A DNA stretch of 64,000 bases from a virus, in the IMG/VR virus record IMGVR_UViG_3300045988_138996, positions 160,001 to 224,000 of that record; one strand, written 5' to 3'. The translations under genes and the position numbers were made by a program. A model generated the notes under the pieces. It did not search any database. It saw only the letters and a program-made list of their open reading frames with translations, and was not told where the DNA came from. Of this stretch, positions 10,265-19,725 are shown one piece after another; positions within the stretch are counted from its first letter, which is position 1, and every line of letters begins with the position of its first letter.

Positions 10265-11131
10265 ATGGAACGAATGAAAGAACGATCTACGTCGGTAAAA
10301 GCTACACAAGAAATTAATAAAATTATCGACGAATATAACGTATTAGAACAAGAAAATAATACGAATAATATTACGCCTAATGAATTTATTGATAAGTTTA
10401 ATACTATTAATAGAGAATATAATGCGGCTCGTAAAGAAATTAATACATCGTTAGCCGATGAAAAAGCAAGTTGGCTAAACAGAATAAAGAATTATTTTAC
10501 GAAATCAGAAGACGATGGTCGATATTTAAATAGCTCTAATAAAGACAATTTTATATCGAAAGCTACCGATTGGATTTTAAACCATACGTTAACAATGGAT
10601 AATGCTGTTATTAATGCTCGTAAGAGCGATAATATTTTAATGACGATTAATGGCGTTAAACTTATTATGGATGGTGATTGGCTTAAAATGATCAATCCAG
10701 ATGGTTCAGAATTATTTGCTAAAAATATTAATGACGGAACAGAACGCGTATTAAATCGTGATCTATTTAAATTAATAGAGCGTAAATATATTCCGGCAAC
10801 TTGGAATATTATTGAAAATAGTCATGTTGAAAATGTAGGTGGTACTGTAGCGTTACCATCTGGTTGGAATGATTTAATTGTTATCGTCGATAATACGACA
10901 TCTGATTTTACGTATTATGATAAACAAAATGATCATAAAGTGGCTCCATCATACGTATATATGTGTAGTGCAGAAGTTCCGATTAAATTCTTTACGCCAT
11001 ATGCTACAGCCGGTTTAGAAGTTACTAAGACTTACGTTATGCTAACAGCAAAAACAGGCTGGGTAGGCGAAGATTATGATGGTAACAAGAGTCGTGATTT
11101 CGGAAAGATTTTGAAGGTGTTATGGCGATGA
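10265..11131 (+). CDS. fibre-like protein, paralog 2 of 6
   Basis: N-terminal INKIIDEYNVLEQEN. Ends ...KVLWR. Confidence 0.55.
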   Translation: MERMKERSTSVKATQEINKIIDEYNVLEQENNTNNITPNEFIDKFNTINREYNAARKEINTSLADEKASWLNRIKNYFTKSEDDGRYLNSSNKDNFISKATDWILNHTLTMDNAVINARKSDNILMTINGVKLIMDGDWLKMINPDGSELFAKNINDGTERVLNRDLFKLIERKYIPATWNIIENSHVENVGGTVALPSGWNDLIVIVDNTTSDFTYYDKQNDHKVAPSYVYMCSAEVPIKFFTPYATAGLEVTKTYVMLTAKTGWVGEDYDGNKSRDFGKILKVLWR

Positions 11132-12015
11132 TCGAACATTTAAAAAACAAAGTAACGACTTTTTTACAAGTTAAAAAAATAAACGAGATCATCGACTCTT
11201 TAACTCGATTTGATAATATTATTTCAGGTAGTGCTATTCAAGATTTAATTAATCAGTATAATTCTCGTCTCGAAAACATGAAACATTATCTTAACGATAA
11301 AGTTACTGAAAGTATCGATGATCTTAAAAATTTAGTTAATTCAACATTAGCTAATTATTATACTAAAGATGAATGTAATAATCGATTTGTTAAGTTAAGC
11401 GAAGTTGATGATTTTATTCGCTATAATAATCCAGAAACTAATGGTAAATTAGTTATTAATTCTAATAACAGTCCTTGTATTAATTTTACACAAGGATCGA
11501 TTAATACTTTATTTAATATCGATGAGTATTCTATCGAAGCATTTCCATTTGCTATTAAACGTGGTAATAAAACATTATTAGAATTTAATGCATATGGTTT
11601 AGTGACCAATAAAACTATTATTACGACAAATAACTATCGTAATTATGTTAAACTTCCACAATGGCGTAGTAATCAAGAAATGAATAAAGATAACTATGAT
11701 AAATGGAATGAAGCTTATGCTTATAAATATAATGGCGATAATTATCAACCAATATTTATTTTAGTGCGTAATGCATTCTTACGTGGCTACAAACCATGGA
11801 ACGATCCTAACGATGGTCCAGAAACAAATATGTCTGTATCATTCTTAAATTATTATGCTTGGGATAAAAACCATACAATTATTCAACGTTTAGAACTTAA
11901 TCCATATGATTATAAATTCTATACGAATGAAATTTGGCGTCAACGTCGTAAACATCATAGTAGCTATAATCATCATTGGGATGCATTAGGAGGTTATAAT
12001 ATACAATGGCGTTAG
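11122..12015 (+). CDS. fibre-like protein, paralog 3 of 6
   Basis: N-terminal VKKINEIIDSLTRFDN. Ends ...NIQWR. Confidence 0.55.
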   Translation: MAMIEHLKNKVTTFLQVKKINEIIDSLTRFDNIISGSAIQDLINQYNSRLENMKHYLNDKVTESIDDLKNLVNSTLANYYTKDECNNRFVKLSEVDDFIRYNNPETNGKLVINSNNSPCINFTQGSINTLFNIDEYSIEAFPFAIKRGNKTLLEFNAYGLVTNKTIITTNNYRNYVKLPQWRSNQEMNKDNYDKWNEAYAYKYNGDNYQPIFILVRNAFLRGYKPWNDPNDGPETNMSVSFLNYYAWDKNHTIIQRLELNPYDYKFYTNEIWRQRRKHHSSYNHHWDALGGYNIQWR

Positions 12016-12521
12016 ATCTTAATACATTAAAAAATAACCTCAACGACTTAATTAATAGAATTAATAATTTAGAATCTTCGGCTATTCATATCGATGGATA
12101 TTTAACATCACTTGACATTAATCAAACGGCATATTCTATTAACGAGACTATTAAAGATTTAGATGTCGATACGATTATTATCGATGGCAATATATATATC
12201 GGTGATAATAGTATTAATAATACATCTATTAAAATTGATAAACATGATTTAGTATTTAATGATAGATTAGTATATGACAATAAAATATTAAAGTACGACA
12301 GTGATATGTTATTGCCTAAGTTTAAAGAATATACTGGCGACTTGGTTAAAGGCGAATATTATATCGTTATTCAAGGTATTGTTAATAAGCCATATCTTAT
12401 TAATTATTGCGGCAAAGATTTTATTTGCGATGATTTTAAAATCGAAAACAATAAAATTATATGTGACAAATCGTATACAATAAGAAAGCGAGGTAACGCT
12501 AATGATTCAAACATTAAATAA
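12006..12521 (+). CDS. fibre-like protein, paralog 4 of 6
   Basis: N-terminal LNDLINRINNLESS. Shorter, 171 aa. Confidence 0.5.
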   Translation: MALDLNTLKNNLNDLINRINNLESSAIHIDGYLTSLDINQTAYSINETIKDLDVDTIIIDGNIYIGDNSINNTSIKIDKHDLVFNDRLVYDNKILKYDSDMLLPKFKEYTGDLVKGEYYIVIQGIVNKPYLINYCGKDFICDDFKIENNKIICDKSYTIRKRGNANDSNIK

Positions 12522-13029
12522 AGATAACGTTACCTTAACTGATATTCAAAATAAAATATCTGAAATCCAAGATTATCTTACTGAATCTAAAAATACTATT
12601 ATTAATGAAGTCGTCGATTTTTCATTAATGAATTATAAGTTTCAAGATAATTATTATAAGAAGAATGTATCGTCTGATTATAACATTGATACAGTATCTG
12701 TTAAGAATATTAATGGCAATATGGTTATTGACGATAATAAACTTATGATAGGCGGCAATATTCTTTCTGGCAATTCTTATAATAATAAAGAATTAATGAT
12801 AGCTGGCGGCAATTCTTATCGTTGGAATACATTAATATATAATGATTCGGCTATTAATTTAAATGGCGCTATCGAATTATTATTAGTATTAAAACAAGGA
12901 ACGGATATAATTACGTATTTTGTATTAAATGAAGATGGTCGATATTCTGTAAATGGAATCGACTTCGAAATTCTTGACGATATGCTGTTTATCAATCATT
13001 CTAATTTAGTTGCTATCTATTATCGTTAG
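12502..13029 (+). CDS. fibre-like protein, paralog 5 of 6
   Basis: N-terminal IQNKISEIQDYLTES. Ends ...AIYYR. Confidence 0.5.
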   Translation: MIQTLNKDNVTLTDIQNKISEIQDYLTESKNTIINEVVDFSLMNYKFQDNYYKKNVSSDYNIDTVSVKNINGNMVIDDNKLMIGGNILSGNSYNNKELMIAGGNSYRWNTLIYNDSAINLNGAIELLLVLKQGTDIITYFVLNEDGRYSVNGIDFEILDDMLFINHSNLVAIYYR

Positions 13030-13042
13030 AGGTATATAATCT

Positions 13043-13603
13043 GTGGAAAATTTATCATTAGATGCGTTAAACGAAACGATTATGAATTTGTCTCATGATG
13101 TTAATAACATTATGGCGAAATCAGAAGAAAAAGTTTCGGAATATCTAAGAACTAACGGCGTTACGAGTGGTAATATAACATCAGAGTACATCCTTAAAAA
13201 TAATAAGATCGATACATTAAATGTTAAAAATTTATTTGTAAAAGATTTGCAAATAGGCGGTAAATCTTTTATTCAAAACAATGTTATTACTTATGGTAAT
13301 AATACGTTGGAATTAAGTAACATTTTATTATCAAATAATAAGCAGGTGCTGTTTTCTGACGACACCTGCTTTACTTCTTGTTACGATGGAATTTACTCTG
13401 TATATTTATTGGAAGGTAAGACTGAAATTATCGTATCGGCTATGTATGATAATAAAAATATAGGCGATATTATCATACCGGTATCGTTATTAAAAGAAGG
13501 CGAAAATGCTTTTAAAGGCATTACTATTATTAAAAATAATGACGAATGCTCTATTACTCCGAACGAAAATAAGCTTACTTTTACTAATGTTATTATGAGG
13601 TAA
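13043..13603 (+). CDS. fibre-like protein, paralog 6 of 6 (GTG start)
   Basis: GTG start after AGAGG. N-terminal LNETIMNLSHDVNNIM. Ends ...NVIMR. Confidence 0.5.
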   Translation: MENLSLDALNETIMNLSHDVNNIMAKSEEKVSEYLRTNGVTSGNITSEYILKNNKIDTLNVKNLFVKDLQIGGKSFIQNNVITYGNNTLELSNILLSNNKQVLFSDDTCFTSCYDGIYSVYLLEGKTEIIVSAMYDNKNIGDIIIPVSLLKEGENAFKGITIIKNNDECSITPNENKLTFTNVIMR

Positions 13604-13608
13604 CGCTA

Positions 13609-14028
13609 ATGAAGCAATTTATCGAACAAGCTTCATTAAACGAAACAAGTATTAAGTATCTTGTTTACAAATTAAACGAAGTAATTCGTGTCGTTAATAA
13701 TAAACCCGATATTCATGATTTAGAATATTGGACCGATACGATTAAACAATTTGAACAAGACGGTACGATTAATACTTATACCGATCTTCTTGAAGCTTTA
13801 AAAAAGAAACCAGATTTTAATCAGGTTAGAGATACGGTACGAGATGAGTTAATTAAATATGTCGATCAAGTTAATCAACGTATTTATCAACCGACTCTCG
13901 ATCAACTGTTACGAGTAATCGGCGATGGTTTGCAAGAATATATCAAACAAAACGTCGACGGTTATTTAAATAAAGCAACGAACGATTTGCGTAATCGTTT
14001 GTCTACCGAAATTATTCATTGGAATTAA
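13609..14028 (+). CDS. hypothetical protein
   Basis: 139-aa ORF between the fibre genes. Confidence 0.5.
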   Translation: MKQFIEQASLNETSIKYLVYKLNEVIRVVNNKPDIHDLEYWTDTIKQFEQDGTINTYTDLLEALKKKPDFNQVRDTVRDELIKYVDQVNQRIYQPTLDQLLRVIGDGLQEYIKQNVDGYLNKATNDLRNRLSTEIIHWN

Positions 14029-14040
14029 GGAGATTTTTGA

Positions 14041-17000
14041 ATGTCTAAAAAAATTGTTACTCGTGCATACTTCGGTCTTTATAATCCAGCTCGCAAAGGT
14101 TTGACTATTGATACAGATAATAATAATACTGGTAGTCAACCAGCTGTCTATAATAAAGCTGTCGAAAACGTAACAAAACAAGCAGCAGAAAACAAAGCAA
14201 CATCTGCTGCCAACAAAGCGTTAGCCGAAGCTAACCAAGCTGCTGTAGCTAAAGTAGCTGCCGATCTTGCTGCTAAACAAGCACAAGACGTTATTACATT
14301 CTTGAGCAAAGTCGAAGCTGCTGCTCAATATCAACCTAAAGGTGAATATATCACCGATGCTAAAGTAGCTGAAAAAATTACTGAAGCTCAAGGTAAAGCC
14401 GACGAAGCTGCTGCTGCTAAATTTGCGACTAAAGCAGAACTCGAAACAGCTACAGGTGGCGTATCTGCTCAAGATCTTAAAACATTAAAAGACGCGATCG
14501 ATCTTTTAAAAGATAACCCAGATAGCATTGCTGAAATTGCTAAGAAAGCTGATAAAGATAAAGTATACGATAAAGATGCTATCGATAAGTTAATTAAAAA
14601 ACTTAACGATAAAGATACTGATCTTGAAAAAGCTATTGCTAAAGCAGCTACTGCCGATGACGTAGTCAAAGCAGCTGAACTTACTGAAAAAGTTAAAGCT
14701 ATTGTCGATTTAACTCCGTTTGCTAAAGCTACTGAAGTTGAAGCTACATATGCTAAAAAATCTGATTTGGCCGATAAAGCCGATAAAGCTGTTATCGAAA
14801 CTGAACTTGCTAAAAAAGCTAATGCTAGCGATTTGACTCCGCTTGCTACAAAAGAAGAAGTGGCGGCGAAAGCCGATGTTACAGCTCTTGCTACAAAAGC
14901 TGATCAAACAGCACTTGATAATCTTAAAGCTGAAGCTGATGCAAATAAAGCTGCTGTTACTGCTGAAGTTGCTGCTCGTAAATCTGCCGATACACTAAAC
15001 GATGCTAAAGTACAAGGTATTGCTGACGATGTATCTAAAATTAAAATTGATGCGGCTCAAGCTAAAGTAGAAAATGAAAAAGCATTAAGCCGCAAGGCGG
15101 ATCAAGAAGCAGTTAATACAGCATTAGCAGAAAAAGCGACAAAAGCAGAAGCTGCTGAAGCTAAACAAGCTGCTGTTGATGCTGCAAAAGAAGCTGCTAA
15201 AGCTAATACTGCATTAGAAGGCAAAGCTGATGCAACAGCTCTTGAACCATTGGCAACTAAAGAAGCTTTGAAAGCTGCTAAAGATGAATTAATTCAAGCT
15301 GTCGAAGCTGCTAAGACTGTTGCTGAAGAAGCTAAAGCCGAAGCTAAAACCGGTGAAGCTGTGACTGAAGCTAAAGAAAAAGCTACTGCTGCCGATGCTA
15401 AAGCTAAAGAAGTTGAAGCTGCTCTTGTTAATTATGTAACTAAAGCAGTTGCCGATGAAACATATCAACCTAAAGGTGAATATGCAACTAAAGCTGAAGT
15501 ACAAGCTATCGGTTCTTTAGATCCTACTACGTTGCAATCTCTTAAAGATTTAGCTCAACAATTAGCTGGTCAAGCTGATTTGACTACTGTACTTGATAAG
15601 TTAAATAAAGTATTCACTAAAGACGAAGTTAACGAAAAACTTGCGGCAAAAGCCGATGTAACTGCTCTTGAAGAATACGCAGAGAAAAACGACGTTATAT
15701 CTAAACTTAAAGACAAAGCTGATAAAGTACAAGTAGCCGAAGATATCGAAGCTGCTAAAGCTGTTGCCGATGCTGCTGTTCGTGAAGTAAATACAACTGC
15801 TCAACAAGCTAAAGCTAAAGCTACTGAAAATGCTACAGGTCTTGAAGAAGCAAAAACTAAAGTCGAAAAAGCAATTGAAGATCTTGGTAAATTAACGACT
15901 AAAGTTAATGACCTTGCTCTTAACGGTGGTGCTGGCGGCAGTCTTGACGCACAAGCTGTAGCCGATAAAGTTAAAGAAGTTGTCGATGCTATCGTAGCTC
16001 AAGAAAAATATGTAGGCGAAACTAAGCTTAACGAAAAACTTGCTGACAAAGCTGACGTAAGTGCATTGACCGCAGTTCAAGTTAAAGCTGATAAAAACGC
16101 TTCTGATTTATTAGCTAAAGCCGATGTAAGTGCTCTTGCTGATAAAGCTGATAAAACTGTATTTGAAGCTAAAGCAACTGAACTCGATACAAAATTAAAT
16201 ACTCTCGAAACAGCTACTGTTCCTAATTTAATCGATACTAAACTTACAGCTAAACTTGCTGGTTATCAAGAAAAAGGCGAATATGTAACTAAAGAAGCTG
16301 CTGATCGTGATTATCAACCAAAAGGTGAATACGCTACAGCTGCTGCTTTAGAAGAAGTTAAAACTAAAGCTAATGCTAATGAAGCTTTGATTAACGGCCT
16401 CGATAAAGATACTTTGGTGCATACTACCGATCTTGATACATATGCTAAAGCTGCTAAAGTAACAGAAGATATTTCTGCTGCCGTTGCCGGTCTTGGCGAT
16501 GTATATGTAGCTAAAGCTGATGCTGATGTGTTTGCCAAGAAAGCTGATGTAACGACTGAAATCGGTGCAAAAGCTACCGAAATTAAAAAATATGCTGACG
16601 ACACATTTGCTACTAAACAACAATTAGATAATGCAACTATTGCTGCTGGTGGTTCTGGTTTGACTCAAACTCAAGTCGAAGGTATTGTCGACAATAAATT
16701 AGGCGCTCTTAAAGATGCCGTTCAAACTATCGCTAATATCCAATCTGGTGTTAACGACAATAAATCTTCTGTCGAATCTATTCTTGCTGAATTGGCTAAG
16801 AAAGCTACTAAAGACGAATTAGCTGGTAAAGTTGCAACTACTGATTTCGAAGACGCAAAACAAACTCTTAATACAGCAATCACAGCTCAAGAAAATGCAT
16901 TAGCTGCTGCTAAGACTGCATTAGAAAAAGCTATTAACGATAAGTCTGAAGAAGCTGCTGCTGCTTATCAAACTAAAGTCGATTTTGCTGCTTGGACTCG

Positions 17001-18282
17001 TGATGTATACGGTACTGAAATTGCTCGTATTAAAGACGATATGATGACAGCTCAAGAAACTGATGCTGCTATCGATGCTAAATTAGCGACTAATCTTGAA
17101 ACTCTTAAAGGCATTTTCCAAGTTAAAGGTAATTACTTAACTCGTGAAGATTTAACTAATACTCTTAAAGATGGTTACATCACTAAGAATGAATCCGATC
17201 GTTTATATCAAGGTGTAGGCAACTATGCGACTATTGAATATGTCGACGATCAAATCGGTAAAAATAAAGTTAAAATCGACGAAGTTAATACGGCTATTGC
17301 TAATAAACTTGATGTAAGTGCTGCGACTAGCCTATATCAAACTAAAGGCGATTACGTATTACATAGCGAACTCGATACATTAGCAACTACTCCGACTTTT
17401 GCAAATGCTATTAATACAGCTATTGTAGGTAAAGGTTATCTCGATAAAGAAACTGCCGATGGTTACTATGCTCCTAAAGGTCAATATGTAACGACTGAAA
17501 ATATCGAAGATGCAATCGCTACGAGTGCTGCCGTTACGGCTAAACAAGATGCTCTTACTTTCGGTAATGGTTTATCTTATGATGCCGATACAAAAACTTT
17601 GACAGCTACCGGTACTGGTGCTTCTGTTGACTTAACTCCTTATGCTAAGAAAGCTGAATCCGATGCTAAGTATGGTCCAAAAGATACTTTAACTGAAGAT
17701 CAAAAAGGTGTAGTAGAATCTATCCTTCGTGATAAGAACTATGCTACAAATGCAGATCTTGGTAGCTATAGTGCAAGCATGGATACTAACATTGGTCAAT
17801 TAAGAGCTAGTATCAATACTTTAAAAGATACTACTGTTCCAGCTATCGATACTCGTGTAACTGCATTAGAAGGCAAAGCTGCTCCTACAGATTTCACTGA
17901 AGATCAAAAGACTAAATTAAATGAAATCCTTACTGGCAAACATTATACAACTTCTGATGATATCGACAATGCTAAAGCTGAACTTAAAAATGAATTAGCT
18001 ACTCAAGATTCTGTAACTCAACTTGCTAACCAAACTCTTACAACTGCTGAAGGTAAAGTTAATGAAGCTAAAGAAGCGTTGGAAGGCAAAATCACAGAAT
18101 TGAAAAATACTGTAGATGAAATCCATGTTCCAGATTTAAGTGCTTACGAAACTCAAGCTCAAGCAGAAGCTAAATATTTAAAACTTGAAGATATCGAAAC
18201 TAAGTTAAAAGAAAAAGGCTTTATTACTCAAGCTGATTTACAACCTATTCTCGATGCAATTAAAGCATTAAAAGGTGAATAG
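14041..18282 (+). CDS. giant Ala/Lys/Glu/Thr-rich repeat fibre protein
   Basis: 1413 aa. At least 8 copies of [YF]-x-x-[KV]-G-x-Y (YQPKGEY x3, YQEKGEY, YAPKGQY, YQTKGDY, FQVKGNY, YQGVGNY). Many KADV(T/S)AL / ATKA repeats. Confidence 0.7.
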   Translation: MSKKIVTRAYFGLYNPARKGLTIDTDNNNTGSQPAVYNKAVENVTKQAAENKATSAANKALAEANQAAVAKVAADLAAKQAQDVITFLSKVEAAAQYQPKGEYITDAKVAEKITEAQGKADEAAAAKFATKAELETATGGVSAQDLKTLKDAIDLLKDNPDSIAEIAKKADKDKVYDKDAIDKLIKKLNDKDTDLEKAIAKAATADDVVKAAELTEKVKAIVDLTPFAKATEVEATYAKKSDLADKADKAVIETELAKKANASDLTPLATKEEVAAKADVTALATKADQTALDNLKAEADANKAAVTAEVAARKSADTLNDAKVQGIADDVSKIKIDAAQAKVENEKALSRKADQEAVNTALAEKATKAEAAEAKQAAVDAAKEAAKANTALEGKADATALEPLATKEALKAAKDELIQAVEAAKTVAEEAKAEAKTGEAVTEAKEKATAADAKAKEVEAALVNYVTKAVADETYQPKGEYATKAEVQAIGSLDPTTLQSLKDLAQQLAGQADLTTVLDKLNKVFTKDEVNEKLAAKADVTALEEYAEKNDVISKLKDKADKVQVAEDIEAAKAVADAAVREVNTTAQQAKAKATENATGLEEAKTKVEKAIEDLGKLTTKVNDLALNGGAGGSLDAQAVADKVKEVVDAIVAQEKYVGETKLNEKLADKADVSALTAVQVKADKNASDLLAKADVSALADKADKTVFEAKATELDTKLNTLETATVPNLIDTKLTAKLAGYQEKGEYVTKEAADRDYQPKGEYATAAALEEVKTKANANEALINGLDKDTLVHTTDLDTYAKAAKVTEDISAAVAGLGDVYVAKADADVFAKKADVTTEIGAKATEIKKYADDTFATKQQLDNATIAAGGSGLTQTQVEGIVDNKLGALKDAVQTIANIQSGVNDNKSSVESILAELAKKATKDELAGKVATTDFEDAKQTLNTAITAQENALAAAKTALEKAINDKSEEAAAAYQTKVDFAAWTRDVYGTEIARIKDDMMTAQETDAAIDAKLATNLETLKGIFQVKGNYLTREDLTNTLKDGYITKNESDRLYQGVGNYATIEYVDDQIGKNKVKIDEVNTAIANKLDVSAATSLYQTKGDYVLHSELDTLATTPTFANAINTAIVGKGYLDKETADGYYAPKGQYVTTENIEDAIATSAAVTAKQDALTFGNGLSYDADTKTLTATGTGASVDLTPYAKKAESDAKYGPKDTLTEDQKGVVESILRDKNYATNADLGSYSASMDTNIGQLRASINTLKDTTVPAIDTRVTALEGKAAPTDFTEDQKTKLNEILTGKHYTTSDDIDNAKAELKNELATQDSVTQLANQTLTTAEGKVNEAKEALEGKITELKNTVDEIHVPDLSAYETQAQAEAKYLKLEDIETKLKEKGFITQADLQPILDAIKALKGE

Positions 18283-18305
18283 TTTTTATTATATAGGGGA
18301 GAACA

Positions 18306-18833
18306 ATGAGATTAATAAATGCATTAGCATTGTTATATAATATTGCTCCTCAAGCAGTCGAAACTTTCTTAACGATGTATACGATCATATTTTTTATGCT
18401 AATAATCGATACATTGTTAAGATTGTTCGCTCTTACTTTTTCGAAAAAACCTTTATGGCATTATCGAACTATTATCGATGTATTTTGGGGAGGCTGGGGA
18501 CAGCAAAAATCAAGCCGCGTATTTTATCGCGGCTTTCTCTTCAAATTATTCGAATATAGTGTTTTAAGTATTTTCGCATTTTTATTAGATGCAATTGTAA
18601 TTCCGTCGACTATCCATATGCTATATTTTCAGGATGTATTCGATATTATTGCATGGATATGTTATGGTTATATAGTATTGACCGAGTTATTTAGTTTTAA
18701 AGAAAACATGAAATTAATTCGTTATAATAACGAAATTATTAATAGTCTTCCGAAAGACGTAATCGATCGCATTACCGATGTCGACTTAAATGTTGTAAAG
18801 TTTAAATTACATGAGAAAAAAGGTAAGAAATAA
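18306..18833 (+). CDS. holin-like membrane protein (phage_holin_4-like)
   Basis: 175 aa with about 4 TM segments. Motif ...LTELFSFKENMKLI resembles the holin_4 (E)xxSIxEN signature. Confidence 0.5.
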   Translation: MRLINALALLYNIAPQAVETFLTMYTIIFFMLIIDTLLRLFALTFSKKPLWHYRTIIDVFWGGWGQQKSSRVFYRGFLFKLFEYSVLSIFAFLLDAIVIPSTIHMLYFQDVFDIIAWICYGYIVLTELFSFKENMKLIRYNNEIINSLPKDVIDRITDVDLNVVKFKLHEKKGKK

Positions 18834-18834
18834 A

Positions 18835-19092
18835 ATGAGTAAAATATTTAAAATGATGCTATTTGAAAACGAAGGACTTAGTTACACACGCGTCATTTCT
18901 TTTACGTTATTATTGTTATTGGTCGGTGTTACGTTATACTTAGTAATTACAGGACATAATTGGCAACACTACGATACGTTAGCTAATTTAACTGGTGGCG
19001 GTTCTGCTGCGACACAAATTGCTAATAAATTTATAAATAGTAAATATAATAGTGAAATCGGAACATATAAGGAAAAGAATGATGCCGAGTAA
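18835..19092 (+). CDS. small single-TM membrane protein
   Basis: Start at ATG 18835 (MSKIFKMM). TM segment VISFTLLLLLVGVTLYLVITG. Adjacent to the holin-like gene. Confidence 0.5.
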   Translation: MSKIFKMMLFENEGLSYTRVISFTLLLLLVGVTLYLVITGHNWQHYDTLANLTGGGSAATQIANKFINSKYNSEIGTYKEKNDAE

Positions 19093-19702
19093 ATATTATA
19101 TTAAATGGTTAGTACTATGCGGAGCTAATATGCTCTGCATGGTACTATGCTATTTAACAAATTGGTTCGTCGTATTATTTGCTGATAAATATGGTAATTT
19201 GCCTAAAATATTTAAGCTATGGCAAACCTATGACAATTGTCTTGATATTGCTTGGATGATATATGAAGGCAATGTACCAAAGTTTGCGCGTTATGATTTT
19301 AATAAACATTATTTATATCATTACGAGAATAAAGGCGATGGATATATAATACCTGGATATGTCGATCTTATCGACGAGGATTTTACGTTAAAAGAAAAAT
19401 TCCAACGATATATATGTCGATGTGCTTGGTTATATCGTAATTGCGGATACGGATTTGCTTATTATATTTTCGGTAAATATGTACGTTATAACAACGTAAA
19501 GATAATCGTCGATCAAAAAGATTTTTTCTTTGCGATCGATGTTAAAAATAATATATTCTGTCTTAAAGACGATCGACAATGGTGTCGATACTTTAAGAAA
19601 AGTATATATTTAGGATATAAATTTGCAGGTATAAAAAATCGTAAATATCCGTTGCGATCTATGCTTGCTAATCGAATTAATCTATTTAGACTTGTTAAGT
19701 AA
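19079..19702 (+). CDS. membrane-anchored hypothetical protein
   Basis: Start after AAGGAAAAG. N-terminal TM segment WLVLCGANMLCMVLCYLTNWFVVLF. Confidence 0.5.
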   Translation: MMPSKYYIKWLVLCGANMLCMVLCYLTNWFVVLFADKYGNLPKIFKLWQTYDNCLDIAWMIYEGNVPKFARYDFNKHYLYHYENKGDGYIIPGYVDLIDEDFTLKEKFQRYICRCAWLYRNCGYGFAYYIFGKYVRYNNVKIIVDQKDFFFAIDVKNNIFCLKDDRQWCRYFKKSIYLGYKFAGIKNRKYPLRSMLANRINLFRLVK

Positions 19703-19725
19703 TTAACAAGGGAAGGATTAATCAA

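Noticed and set aside
14221-16623. Eight minus-strand ORFs (62-96 aa) inside the giant fibre gene
   Set aside because: Their translations are Ser/Phe/Cys-rich low complexity. This is the expected antisense shadow of GCT/AAA/GAA-rich repeats. They have no RBS and no independent support.
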